Of a DNA stretch of 64,000 bases, positions 1 to 9,814 are shown piece after piece (the first letter of the stretch is position 1; the number at the start of each line of letters is the position of its first letter). Source of the stretch: an uncultured Merdibacter sp. Lineage in GTDB: Bacteria; Bacillota_I; Bacilli_A; Erysipelotrichales; Erysipelotrichaceae. The notes under the pieces are model-generated. The model worked only from the letters and a program-made list of their open reading frames with translations, was not told where the DNA came from and did not search any database. Location of the stretch: positions 5,268-69,267 of the forward strand of contig CBCTZR010000001.1 in assembly GCA_965151435.1 (NCBI GenBank), read 5' to 3'. The position numbers were made by a program, and so were the translations under genes.

Positions 1-2124
1 ATTAGTTCCCTGATAGAAGCTTAACTCAGTGTTGGATAATAGACATTTGAAAGGGCTGTTCGAAGCACCTAATTCAAGACTAGCGCCATCAAATCTTGCC
101 CACTCTTTTATCGTATTTTCATCTACTTTTCCATCGACGACAGATTGTAATTGCTCTGTCGTCGTTTTGATGAATTGAGCCATTTCTGTAGTGATCTCAA
201 GCTGGTTCGATATCGATACGATCGTGGAACTGAGATCTGTTGCGGTTTCTGAAATCTTTTGGATCAAGAGATTCAATTGTTCTGCCGTTTGATTGATTAA
301 CGAAGTATATTCGTCAGTAATCGTAGCTGTAGCTTCATCAACATTCTTTTCAATATCGCTTTCGAAATCTTGGGGCGCAGGCGACCAGTCTGTCGGTGTA
401 TTTCCCTTTTCAAATTTCAAATTTTTGAAATATAAGTTTCCTGAAAATTCAACTCCACGGATCCCTACTTTTAAATATCCTTCATCAGTGCCGTCCGGAA
501 GATGATCAAGCGATATCTTCCACAAAATGCGGGTCCACCCAGTATCAGCAACCTTAGTGATGTCTGGATCGCCGTTTATCGTCGTGACCGTGATATCTTG
601 AAGATTTCCGTCTGCATCCTTGTATTTCCCTTCAACATATAAACAAACATCTGTATTCTCTCCGGCTTTATAACTAACAAGATTCACATCCGCACCAAAC
701 GCAAATCGAACTTCCCCATCTGCAGTTATCAGCCGATCTACTACGTTTTGTTCGATAAAAGATGACGTCTGTGAACTGATCATAGCTGTATTTACATTTT
801 CATAAATAACAATTGGAACCGAATTAGTAGCTGTAATTGGTTCATCTATTGTTTCTATTTCATCGTCGATTTGCGTACTTTCTTCATTGTCGTTAGGATT
901 ATCCGGAAGGATCTCACCAGCTTCTGTAGTCCACCAGTATACATTTTCAGCGAATTTGCTGTTCAACAATAAATTCGTACCGCCTACAGCTACATCTATC
1001 TGTTGTTCCTGCTTCTCAATGATCAACTGAATTTGTTGCTCCTGTTTGTCGACAATAACCTCCGTGCGTTTCAATGCTTGCCGAACGCTTTCCGCATACT
1101 GATACTGAATCTGAGACTTAGTCAGTGCTGGCGTTTCAAAGGATGAACGACTGGATCCACTATAAGAGATGCTGTGATTCATCACATACATCGTCACATA
1201 GCTTTTATCTTTCAACTGAACCTGGATGATATCACCTGGTTCAATAATGAAGAAACCCTGTGATTTGCATGTCACAGGGATATAAGTAAATCCATCAATC
1301 CTCTCAAAAATCGCATTTTTTGAAGTGTGGCGATCGATATCAAGAATAGGATTATTTGATATTTTTAACTCTGTCAGTCCATTTTTCTCGATTGATTCTT
1401 CATCCTGAATATAAACGTTATCGTTTAGAGGCTCACGCGCCAATACAAGCGAGTTGATCGGTCCGTATGGATCAGCCGTCTCCGGCCATGATTCGGCCAA
1501 ATTTTTCTGATCGATCGAAAAATCGGTATTTGTAAACCAACGAAAATCAAGCTGATCATCTGACGTAATTCTGGCAAATGTGCAGCTTGCTTGCGCAATG
1601 GCCACGATGATATCCGCATACACTGGCTGTTCACCGAAGCTGATTGCTTCCGGTATTAGTAGAGAAGCATTGGGAAAATCTGTAGTTGCTAAAGTCACTC
1701 CAACTTTACTGCATACCCACTGTGCTAACTGCAGAGGTGTCGTAGGATAGCTGATTTCATCGACCGCAGCGCTTTCATTGAAGAGCGCTTTTTTATCGAT
1801 GACGCAATATTCGTTGTTATCATCTTTATCATAAGCCAAAAAGGATCCTATCTTTTTGTATTGGAAAGTTCCAGATACCATGATGCCTTCATACAGTTCG
1901 AGCCATTGGTTCTCGAGATTAAGGGCATCTGCAGGATTTACCTTCAGTTTCCCTGATCTTGCAATAAAAGTGCCGATGAAGCTATCGCTGTCACTGCTAT
2001 AGATGTTGTTATCTATAGAAAAAGAAAGTGGATGGTATTGATTGTCAGAATATATAAAATACGCATCCAGGCGTCGGGCATATGCCTTTAACGCCTGGAT
2101 ATACTCAGCAGATGTGCTAATCAT
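1..2124 (-). CDS. Large tail tip / host-specificity protein (3'-truncated by window; absent from ORF track)
   Basis: Hand translation from ATG at 2124 (MISTSAEYIQALKAYARR...) stays open to base 1; contains GGTNLLLNS...LKFEKGNTPTDWSPAPQD, typical of carbohydrate-binding modules in Firmicute phage tail proteins. Confidence 0.85.
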   Translation of the reverse strand, partial: MISTSAEYIQALKAYARRLDAYFIYSDNQYHPLSFSIDNNIYSSDSDSFIGTFIARSGKLKVNPADALNLENQWLELYEGIMVSGTFQYKKIGSFLAYDKDDNNEYCVIDKKALFNESAAVDEISYPTTPLQLAQWVCSKVGVTLATTDFPNASLLIPEAISFGEQPVYADIIVAIAQASCTFARITSDDQLDFRWFTNTDFSIDQKNLAESWPETADPYGPINSLVLAREPLNDNVYIQDEESIEKNGLTELKISNNPILDIDRHTSKNAIFERIDGFTYIPVTCKSQGFFIIEPGDIIQVQLKDKSYVTMYVMNHSISYSGSSRSSFETPALTKSQIQYQYAESVRQALKRTEVIVDKQEQQIQLIIEKQEQQIDVAVGGTNLLLNSKFAENVYWWTTEAGEILPDNPNDNEESTQIDDEIETIDEPITATNSVPIVIYENVNTAMISSQTSSFIEQNVVDRLITADGEVRFAFGADVNLVSYKAGENTDVCLYVEGKYKDADGNLQDITVTTINGDPDITKVADTGWTRILWKISLDHLPDGTDEGYLKVGIRGVEFSGNLYFKNLKFEKGNTPTDWSPAPQDFESDIEKNVDEATATITDEYTSLINQTAEQLNLLIQKISETATDLSSTIVSISNQLEITTEMAQFIKTTTEQLQSVVDGKVDENTIKEWARFDGASLELGASNSPFKCLLSNTELSFYQGTN

Positions 2125-2482
2125 ACTTTTGGTTTGAGTTCAACGTGAACTCGATCTCCTTAAAATAATCAAACATTCCTTCAACCCTTGATTTGGATGG
2201 ATCCACACAATACATCGAGTCGCAGGTTTCCATCTCACCAGTTTCACTATTAAAGTATTCAACCGACATTTCTGGATCCTTGAGAAGATTTAACAACTGT
2301 TTACCCTCAGCCTGCGTACATACACCCTTTTTGGCTGTAATGCTAAGAATACGGCCAAGAATATCCCTGTTCATGACAAGTGCTGGATTTCTGCCACTGT
2401 CATCACCATCTTGTGTAGAAAGAAGATCATCGTACTCAACCAGGTTGTCTATTGCTATTCCGTTGATTTTTAGATAAACCAT
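2117..2482 (-). CDS. Distal-tail-like protein
   Basis: 121 aa ORF directly after tape measure gene; assignment mainly positional. Confidence 0.6.
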   Translation of the reverse strand: MVYLKINGIAIDNLVEYDDLLSTQDGDDSGRNPALVMNRDILGRILSITAKKGVCTQAEGKQLLNLLKDPEMSVEYFNSETGEMETCDSMYCVDPSKSRVEGMFDYFKEIEFTLNSNQKYD

Positions 2483-2486
2483 CTTA

Positions 2487-5400
2487 TCATCCTCCTATCA
2501 TCTCAAGTTCCTTTTCTGCCTGCCGCAGCAGAATAGCCAGTTTTTTACGATCGATATCAACCGACAGATTCAGATTTGCAATCAATGTGATCAGCTGCTT
2601 CAACAAGCTGATGATCTGACGGATTCCGTTAGCATATCCTTGATCACGCTGCATCTGCAGTGCCGTATTGATCATCTCCAGCATCTTGTTTTCTGGAGCG
2701 ACGATCTCACCATATCGTTTGTTGTCACCGATCATGGCCAACTGAGGCTGATTTGCACCAACATACCCACCTTCGGCAAGCTTAGGGATCTGTGGTACCG
2801 GCAGTGGATTTTTACTCCACAATCCTAGGAAAGGCTGCCCGATAATAGGTATTTCAATTGCCCGAATGCTGTTTAATAAACCGTTGATCGTATCGAACGG
2901 AACGCGAATTACGCGATTGATGCCGTCGAGCATACAATTGACGATATTTTTAAAAACATTAGATATGCCCGTAACGACGCCGGAAAAAATCTTACCCGCA
3001 TTTCCAAACAACGCTATGATTGAATTCCATGCGGAAGATACGATTCCTTTCAGCGAGGTCCACATACCGCTGAATGTTTTTTTGACGCCTGACCATGCCT
3101 TTGACCAATCTCCTGAGAATACTCCGGATACGAAATCAATGATACCTTGTAGCATATCTTTTACCCCATCCAAAACCTGGCCAATTGGATCAGCAATTGC
3201 TTTTATCACATCGACCACGGCTTGAAATACGATCTGTAATGGAGCCAAGAATGAGTTGGATGCAAATTCGACCACTAATCCTAGACCGCTAATAAACAAA
3301 TCTAAAATCGGTTTCGTAAAACTGTAGAAACCTTGTACTGTTTGCGACAAACCATCGAATATAGTCTTAAATATTGGCAAGACATGCTCGCTCAATAAAG
3401 AAGTCAATGCGTTTAAAACTTCCATGAACATATTCACGAAGCTCATGATTTTCTCAACGATTGGCTGCGCAATTGTGAGCGTACCGTTCCAAACGGTCGT
3501 AAAAACCGGTAAGAAGGTATTCAAAAGCAAATTTACAAATGGATTTATTGCATTATTCCAGATGCTCATGATCAAATTGATGATGTTAATTGCAAACATG
3601 GATACATTTTCAACAAATACAGCCAATCCGTTGTTCCAGAGATTTTGAAAAGCTGATATCGTGCTAGATACAACCGGCTGCACGCCTTTTGTCCAAATTG
3701 TTTTAATAATGCTTACCATTCCGGATATTACGCCTTTTACGTTTTTGGCCACATCATTGAAAGCACCATTGATTTTTTTTCTAAAGCTATCTGAAGTCGT
3801 GTATAAATATACAAATCCAGCCGTAAGCGCTGCGATCGATGCAATAATGATGGTTACAGGATTAACTAAGCCAAGCAGAGTAGATCCTAAACTATTAAAC
3901 GAACTAATTGATGATGGTAATACCGCTTGCAAACTGGTAATTATTCCTGATCCTTCTTTTACACCAGAAAAAAACGTTGTAAAAGCTGTCCATGCACTTG
4001 ATATTGATGAGCCGAGTTTAGGAAACAGAGCTGAAAAAGAAACCAGAAGTCCACTTCCTTCAGCTATTCCAGAGAAAAATACAGATATTCCAGTTGATAA
4101 AGTACTAATCGCACCAGAGCTTGCAGTTAATGCTACCGCAGTTTTAAAACCAACAAAGGCCGCAGCCAAGCTTCCTACTATTGCAACAAAACTATCCCAA
4201 TCCGTCAGACTGCTGGCAATAATACCCGTTACATCAGCAATTGGTTGTAGGAACTCTTCGATCGCACTTTTGATCGTGTTTTTATTTTGAATAATCGGTT
4301 CTGCAATCATGCTGATTATGCTTTTAGAAATCTCTTGTATGAGAACTAATGAATTCAAAGCCCCGTTTGCGATGGATTGAATCAAGTTAGATCCAATCTG
4401 TATTGCCGTATTTCCTGCGAACACCTTAGCAATATCTGCTAATACAACTGAAAAATTACCAACGATATTGGCAATGTCACCGCTTATATCAAACCAAGTA
4501 ATAATACGATTCTTGATAAACTCTGTATTGCTTTGTAAATAGTTAGCCACAGAGCTTGTCAGCAATGTTGCTATAGTAGTAGCAATCGAGGCTACTGATC
4601 CAACCATCTTACCTAACGCAAACATGACACGATCGGCCCAAATACTTGCTGCATCGATCACTTCCGGTGCAGTGAATATTTCTTTAAGGCTTTTTCCGAT
4701 CGAAGAAATCGCATCTTTGACTTTCTGAATATTAGTTAAAGAGTCGCCAAACCCAATTTTAAAGCCGATTTTAAATATATCTGCAAGACGCTTAAATTCA
4801 TCTACGATTCCTTGCACCATCCCACTGAATACAGTTGCCTCTCCGGTAGCCTTTGGAAAGTCAACTGCTTCTGCTACACTTCCGCCACCTGTTGAACTTC
4901 CATCTGATCCGCTGCTTGAATCTGAAGAACCGCTGTCAAAGCTCAGCTTATTGATCGTATCTACGCCAGCAAAAGCTTTTTTGATCTGCTTTGCAGCAGA
5001 CTCGCCTTTATTTCCTGCATCGCTTAGATCGCTTCCTAGGCTATTTGCAGCGTCAGTCGCTGATGATAGATCAGCAGAAGTATCAGCAAGTATCGATCCT
5101 CCGCCAGTTATGCCTGAATATCCCGTCAGCATCTCCATCAACGATGCAAAAGAGTCTGCAAGGGGTTGAAGATTGGCCAACACCCAATTGATACCTTTTA
5201 CAATAGGCGTAAATATTGCGATGAATCCTTTGCCTAAGCTTGCCTTTAATGAGTCAATTCGAAGGCTTAATACACGTGTTTGGTTTGCCCAACTGTCCTG
5301 CGTCCGGATAAAGTCGCCACTAGCAAGCGACAGTTGATCAGTTACAAATGCCAAGCGAAGAGAAACTTTCTCTTGTTCGCTCATCGCACTGGTCGTCTTA

Positions 5401-5975
5401 CCATAACCATTGGCCAAGGCATATTGGTCAAGTGCCGATTGAGTCATAACTATACCAAGATCTTTTAAAGTTTCAGTTTCACCTGAGAAAACGGATTTCA
5501 ATTTTGTGTAAGCCTCAGATGGATCTAAGTTATAAAAAGAAGCTACATCGCCGGCTAAACCAGTTAATGTAGCACTCATTTCATAAGCGTCTTTTTCAGC
5601 AAATCCGAAAGCTTTTGACATAGCTCCAAACGTACCCATGTATTGCTTAGCCACGGTTTCACTGAGGCCAAAGCTTTCCATCGCATTTTTTGCAAAGGAA
5701 TCTACCTGTGCAGACATTTTCGGAAAAGCAGTATCGACTACGTTTTGCACCTCTTCCAGATCGCTTCCAAGCTTGATGCAGCTGCTTGTAAATTTCCCGA
5801 TTGCTACAATTGAAAATGCTGTAGCTGCCATTGCACCAATTTTTTTGAAGCTTGAAGAAAAAAAGTTTTCCATCAAGGAAGTAGATGCCTTCGACTCTGC
5901 TTTGATCTGCTTTCTTAAATCAAATCCATTAACTTTCAGATCAAGGCCAATGGATCCAACGCTGAAGATTCCCAT
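2487..5975 (-). CDS. Tape measure protein
   Basis: ~1160 aa Ala/Ser/Gly-rich helical protein with periodic W/F repeats, after tail chaperones; start chosen from GGAGGTG RBS. Confidence 0.92.
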   Translation of the reverse strand: MGIFSVGSIGLDLKVNGFDLRKQIKAESKASTSLMENFFSSSFKKIGAMAATAFSIVAIGKFTSSCIKLGSDLEEVQNVVDTAFPKMSAQVDSFAKNAMESFGLSETVAKQYMGTFGAMSKAFGFAEKDAYEMSATLTGLAGDVASFYNLDPSEAYTKLKSVFSGETETLKDLGIVMTQSALDQYALANGYGKTTSAMSEQEKVSLRLAFVTDQLSLASGDFIRTQDSWANQTRVLSLRIDSLKASLGKGFIAIFTPIVKGINWVLANLQPLADSFASLMEMLTGYSGITGGGSILADTSADLSSATDAANSLGSDLSDAGNKGESAAKQIKKAFAGVDTINKLSFDSGSSDSSSGSDGSSTGGGSVAEAVDFPKATGEATVFSGMVQGIVDEFKRLADIFKIGFKIGFGDSLTNIQKVKDAISSIGKSLKEIFTAPEVIDAASIWADRVMFALGKMVGSVASIATTIATLLTSSVANYLQSNTEFIKNRIITWFDISGDIANIVGNFSVVLADIAKVFAGNTAIQIGSNLIQSIANGALNSLVLIQEISKSIISMIAEPIIQNKNTIKSAIEEFLQPIADVTGIIASSLTDWDSFVAIVGSLAAAFVGFKTAVALTASSGAISTLSTGISVFFSGIAEGSGLLVSFSALFPKLGSSISSAWTAFTTFFSGVKEGSGIITSLQAVLPSSISSFNSLGSTLLGLVNPVTIIIASIAALTAGFVYLYTTSDSFRKKINGAFNDVAKNVKGVISGMVSIIKTIWTKGVQPVVSSTISAFQNLWNNGLAVFVENVSMFAINIINLIMSIWNNAINPFVNLLLNTFLPVFTTVWNGTLTIAQPIVEKIMSFVNMFMEVLNALTSLLSEHVLPIFKTIFDGLSQTVQGFYSFTKPILDLFISGLGLVVEFASNSFLAPLQIVFQAVVDVIKAIADPIGQVLDGVKDMLQGIIDFVSGVFSGDWSKAWSGVKKTFSGMWTSLKGIVSSAWNSIIALFGNAGKIFSGVVTGISNVFKNIVNCMLDGINRVIRVPFDTINGLLNSIRAIEIPIIGQPFLGLWSKNPLPVPQIPKLAEGGYVGANQPQLAMIGDNKRYGEIVAPENKMLEMINTALQMQRDQGYANGIRQIISLLKQLITLIANLNLSVDIDRKKLAILLRQAEKELEMIGG

Positions 5976-5976
5976 G

Positions 5977-6363
5977 TCATGCACCTCCTTTCGCCATGCT
6001 TCTGAACATATTCTTGAATCCCTCCAGGATCTGCTTCATTTCCTCCTGGCTTACTTTCTTCACATTTCTGCGCTGCCATTCGCTGCGGATTCGTTTCTGT
6101 TCTGGAGTGAAATGCTTCAGAACTTCTTTATCATCCTCGCTGCGGATCCTCACGATGTTCCCAAGTGGCGTATCAGGCATAAGTCCTGACAAATAGGAGC
6201 AGAATTCAGAATAAGGCATATCATGGACGCTGCGTAGCCTGATACCATATTGTTTGAAAAAGCTGGCCTCGATCAATGGCCAGTCTTCCTCCATGTCATA
6301 CCAGCATTCCGGTTGTGATTTACTTTTGAAATCGCTTTTTAACCTCACTGATCTCTTCGTCAT
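5977..6363 (-). CDS. Tail assembly chaperone C-terminal part (A118 gp15-like), probably made by frameshift
   Basis: WYDMEEDWPLIEASFFKQYGIRL...TPLGNIVRIRSE motif; overlaps upstream chaperone in +1 frame; no good RBS. Confidence 0.75.
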   Translation of the reverse strand: MTKRSVRLKSDFKSKSQPECWYDMEEDWPLIEASFFKQYGIRLRSVHDMPYSEFCSYLSGLMPDTPLGNIVRIRSEDDKEVLKHFTPEQKRIRSEWQRRNVKKVSQEEMKQILEGFKNMFRSMAKGGA

Positions 6364-6628
6364 TTACACATGCAATCAGTGTATAAAAGATTTCTTTGTA
6401 AGCTGAGATGCTTAAAGAAAGAGAGTTCAGCTCTTTTACTGCTGTTTTTCCAAGCAGCTGCTCAATTGCTACATCGATGGATTCAATGCTGTTATCTTCC
6501 TTTTCTAGTTTGCTGTTCAAGATCAGTACGTTCGACTTTTCATCATTCACAGTAAAAGTTTTCTCTCCGATCTTGATAGTCGGTTTCTCGTTATTTAAGA
6601 CATTTGATAAATCAAAGTGCTTTGCCAT
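6320..6628 (-). CDS. Tail assembly chaperone
   Basis: 102 aa ORF with AAGGAGG RBS between major tail and tape measure genes. Confidence 0.75.
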   Translation of the reverse strand: MAKHFDLSNVLNNEKPTIKIGEKTFTVNDEKSNVLILNSKLEKEDNSIESIDVAIEQLLGKTAVKELNSLSLSISAYKEIFYTLIACVNDEEISEVKKRFQK

Positions 6629-6640
6629 ATATCCTCCTTA

Positions 6641-6672
6641 AATAAAAAGGGCAGAACTTATAGTCCTACCCT
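6641..6672 (-). terminator. Intrinsic terminator after major tail gene
   Basis: Minus strand AGGGTAGGAC-TATAA-GTTCTGCCCT followed by TTTTATT. Confidence 0.65.
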
Positions 6673-7127
6673 GCAGATGCCTCTGTAAATTCTGGTTTAC
6701 CATTTGAAAGAACTTCAAATTCAAGCGGAGCCACACCTGTGGAATCGCCAGCCCCAATATTTGTAACGTTGATAACAGCCTGTTCCATCTTTACCGCAGA
6801 ACCATCAGGGAAAGTCCACTGGAATGGTTTTTCTACATTACGCCCATTTTTGTTATATAGCGATGCAACCATATCGTTTCCTGCATCCCCGATATTTCTC
6901 TTTCCGGTCACAGTGATTGTCAATGATTTGGCTGTCATCAATCTCCGTTTCCAACCTTCCTGCTCAAACGGCGTCCACTCTTCTACACCGTTATCAAACG
7001 ATACACTAAATGATTCCATATCTGCAATAGTACTCATTGTCGCTTCAGCTTCCGGCTCTGTTGTTGCCGGTCTTGTTTCAATCTGAAACTGATTTTCATA
7101 ACATGGATAAACACCTGTTCGTCCCAT
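6666..7127 (-). CDS. Major tail (tube) protein
   Basis: 153 aa; IADMESFSVSFDNGVEEWTP...LEFEVLSNGKPEF, canonical position. Confidence 0.85.
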   Translation of the reverse strand: MGRTGVYPCYENQFQIETRPATTEPEAEATMSTIADMESFSVSFDNGVEEWTPFEQEGWKRRLMTAKSLTITVTGKRNIGDAGNDMVASLYNKNGRNVEKPFQWTFPDGSAVKMEQAVINVTNIGAGDSTGVAPLEFEVLSNGKPEFTEASAG

Positions 7128-7129
7128 AT

Positions 7130-7540
7130 TTAACCTACCTTTCTGTAATAAATTTCGAATTCAATAACGTATTCAGCTACGCCTTTTTCGTCATGATCCA
7201 CAAATACCGGTTCAGGTACAAGCAGACCAATGAAGTCGATTTGATAAGAACTTAAAGAAAAAGATCCACATGAGAGCAATGTCTCATACAACTCAATTGC
7301 CTTTTTTTCTGTCTGAACATTATTTTTTGTTCCATGAACTAGCAATGAAATCTGCTTTTTTTTAATTTTTGTTGCTTGGAGACCGCCAAGAGCAATGCCT
7401 GGAGGTCCGCTGGATCGTTTCAAATTGTATACGCCAAGTGAATCGTCCTGCTTTCCGTCCAATTTACCAACGTAATAATGAGAGAAGACCGGTGTCAATG
7501 TTTTAAGCCAGTCTTTTACAACTTCCAAATCTAGCATCAC
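7130..7540 (-). CDS. Tail terminator/completion protein (minor capsid 3-like)
   Basis: 136 aa, position before tail tube; C-terminal EYVIEFEIYY strand. Confidence 0.65.
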   Translation of the reverse strand: MMLDLEVVKDWLKTLTPVFSHYYVGKLDGKQDDSLGVYNLKRSSGPPGIALGGLQATKIKKKQISLLVHGTKNNVQTEKKAIELYETLLSCGSFSLSSYQIDFIGLLVPEPVFVDHDEKGVAEYVIEFEIYYRKVG

Positions 7541-7902
7541 AGACCTCCATACATCTTTAAAAATGACACATAATCTTTTTTGACTTGATTTGCATACTTA
7601 CCTTTGATCCATGCATCCAACCATTCACCTTGCGCATTCGGATTATTTACAGTTTTAAAATTATATTCTGGATGGAAATATAACCGTCGCGCATAAGGTG
7701 TATTGGAAACGATCCGTTCGATACCTTTCGATCGTTCGCTGCGATCTACAGAAGTTGCTTCATTTTGAAGGGTGCCTACATCAAAAGGAATAACCTGTGC
7801 ATCTACTACATCTCCTAAAAGCTTTTCTGCAGTTGCATCAAGAGCTTCCAGCACTGCTTCTTCAAGGCTGCTCATCGGTTCTTCATAAAATGTCAGCTTC
7901 AT
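7537..7902 (-). CDS. Neck protein (minor capsid 2 / HK97 gp10-like)
   Basis: IPFDVGTLQ...NTPYARRLYF...NPNAQGEW motif. Confidence 0.75.
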   Translation of the reverse strand: MKLTFYEEPMSSLEEAVLEALDATAEKLLGDVVDAQVIPFDVGTLQNEATSVDRSERSKGIERIVSNTPYARRLYFHPEYNFKTVNNPNAQGEWLDAWIKGKYANQVKKDYVSFLKMYGGL

Positions 7903-8240
7903 TTCAGCTCCAATTGAGTATAGTTTACGCTGCCATCCGGATTTCTAGCTTTTGTTCCGATCGCTATTTCACGATTCACGCCAAATATTTGAACCGTTCC
8001 TCCGGATATGACTGGTAATCCAGGTGCAATATCTTCTGGAACCAGACAGGTGCCAGTAACTTCAACTAGCACTTTTTCTGAAGTATAGACCTTTTTAGAT
8101 TTATCCTGATAATTGCATGTACCGGACCAATCAACCACTGATGCTGGAGCTCCATCCTCTCCAGTTTCTTCAGATTCGATATGCACCTGTAGTGACGTCG
8201 TACAGAACTGTGGAAGTATCAATCGTGGCCATTTATTCAT
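7899..8240 (-). CDS. Head closure protein
   Basis: Start MNKWPRL overlapping upstream stop; ends RNPDGSVNYTQLELK; position in neck module. Confidence 0.65.
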   Translation of the reverse strand: MNKWPRLILPQFCTTSLQVHIESEETGEDGAPASVVDWSGTCNYQDKSKKVYTSEKVLVEVTGTCLVPEDIAPGLPVISGGTVQIFGVNREIAIGTKARNPDGSVNYTQLELK

Positions 8241-8628
8241 ATTGAAATGCTCCCCAATTGAAGTTGGTACAGCACAGTCCGGTATTCTCCAATATTTCAT
8301 AAAGATCCGAACGAATGGCCACACCGTTCTCGATATGCACATTCCATGCACCTTCCATGCTCATGCTGACTCCATTGATGCTGTAACTCTTCAAATAAGT
8401 ATCCAGCATTGCTTGATTATCAAAAAGCCAATTTGCATAAGCACAAGTGACTTCTTGGATAACTGTCTGCTGCCATGCTTTTAGTTTTTCAAACGTAATA
8501 CCTTGGATACGGTTATACGTCAAGCAATCAATATACATAGACGCCTTCATCAAATAAAGTTCAAGATCACCTCCTGTTAGATCTCCGCGCTTATGCTCAA
8601 TGTAGTATGCTGCATCTGCATACATCAT
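8233..8628 (-). CDS. Head-tail connector/adaptor
   Basis: MYADAAYY...ASMYIDCLTYNRI...SYSINGVSMS pattern. Confidence 0.75.
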   Translation of the reverse strand: MMYADAAYYIEHKRGDLTGGDLELYLMKASMYIDCLTYNRIQGITFEKLKAWQQTVIQEVTCAYANWLFDNQAMLDTYLKSYSINGVSMSMEGAWNVHIENGVAIRSDLYEILENTGLCCTNFNWGAFQYE

Positions 8629-8630
8629 CT

Positions 8631-8882
8631 TTATTTACCTGTTTCTCCCTGAGCTGCAGATTCCATCTTTTTCTTCAAATTTGAATTTTCTTTTTCAGCA
8701 TTAGCAAGCTTTGCTTTCAATTCATCAACTTCTTTGAGATGATCGCTGTATTTAATGGTTTTCATGTCTGAATAGCTATATAACGATCCATCCACGTTGT
8801 AAATGTCAAATCCTTGCTTCATATATTGATCGGCCTGTGATTTGTCGATATCATAAACCTTGTTATCTTTTTTTGCGCGCAT
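8631..8882 (-). CDS. Hypothetical virion-module protein (coiled-coil C-terminus)
   Basis: AGGAGG RBS before MRAKKDNK; directly after capsid gene. Confidence 0.65.
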   Translation of the reverse strand: MRAKKDNKVYDIDKSQADQYMKQGFDIYNVDGSLYSYSDMKTIKYSDHLKEVDELKAKLANAEKENSNLKKKMESAAQGETGK

Positions 8883-8892
8883 GAAATACCTC

Positions 8893-9801
8893 CTAATCTG
8901 AACCTGCTTCAGCTTCCGCATTGATGCGGCAACCCTGCTTCATCAACATATCAATACCGAATGTTCCGTTAAATCTGCGATTCTGGTAAAGATAGTTGTC
9001 AGATGTACGGGAATCATGTCCTGGTGTGAATACGTTGATATATGAATATTTTACACGAGATACCTGGCACTCCGGATCGATCAAGATGTAGTTGATCTGC
9101 TTTGCGCTGCTATCTGCTACACATCCACTCGTAAAGACGTATGCAGTCTTCATGCGATCCTTTGGAACAACTACGATCTTCTTAATATCATCGATAGAGT
9201 GTACCCGGCGATCGATATTTGCGCCGCCCTTAGCTTCCAGATAACGCTGGATGCCTTCCGCGTTTTTCAAGGCCGTGTTCACGGTCGGAGTGACATATAG
9301 GATGCAGCGCTCCAGTGGTACACCAGCTTCTTCCATTGCTTCCATATCAGCATCCAAAAGACTGAGAATGTTGGTCTTATTTACCGCGGTATTATTGATT
9401 GCTGCCGACACACGTTTTGCTTCTGTATAAAGCTTACTGAATGTATATCTATCAAGCTCTGGAATTGCCTGCGTGCGATCAAAATTTGCCTGGATGTTTG
9501 CAATCGATACAACCATGTTGGTTTCATCGACATCCATCGGATCCACCGCAAACTCCACGTCACGGTCATGATCAAGAGATTTTGTCTCCCATTCATTGCT
9601 GTATGTTCCGGCATTAAATCCAAGAGATCCACGTGTATGATCTTTATATCCGCCAACGGTGATTTTCGGAAGACGAATGTCTTTCGTGTTTTTTACCTGG
9701 ATTCCAGGATTTGAATTGAACAGATCATTACTGCATAACTCATGACTATACAGCTCAATGATCCGTGGTAGAAAAGTTGATACATAATTCAATGTTGCCA
9801 T
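8893..9801 (-). CDS. Major capsid protein
   Basis: 302 aa; LDHDRDVEFAVDPMDVDET...IPELDRYTFSKL typical of Firmicute siphophage capsids; follows scaffold. Confidence 0.9.
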   Translation of the reverse strand: MATLNYVSTFLPRIIELYSHELCSNDLFNSNPGIQVKNTKDIRLPKITVGGYKDHTRGSLGFNAGTYSNEWETKSLDHDRDVEFAVDPMDVDETNMVVSIANIQANFDRTQAIPELDRYTFSKLYTEAKRVSAAINNTAVNKTNILSLLDADMEAMEEAGVPLERCILYVTPTVNTALKNAEGIQRYLEAKGGANIDRRVHSIDDIKKIVVVPKDRMKTAYVFTSGCVADSSAKQINYILIDPECQVSRVKYSYINVFTPGHDSRTSDNYLYQNRRFNGTFGIDMLMKQGCRINAEAEAGSD

Positions 9802-9814
9802 TTATTTATTCCTC

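Noticed and set aside
2640..6196. Numerous + strand ORFs opposite the tape measure gene (and similar shadows elsewhere)
   Set aside because: Antisense shadows of long genes without RBS or recognisable motifs
8631..8921. Possible capsid C-terminal frameshift extension into the next ORF
   Set aside because: Next ORF has its own AGGAGG RBS and ATG at 8882; no slippery site seen
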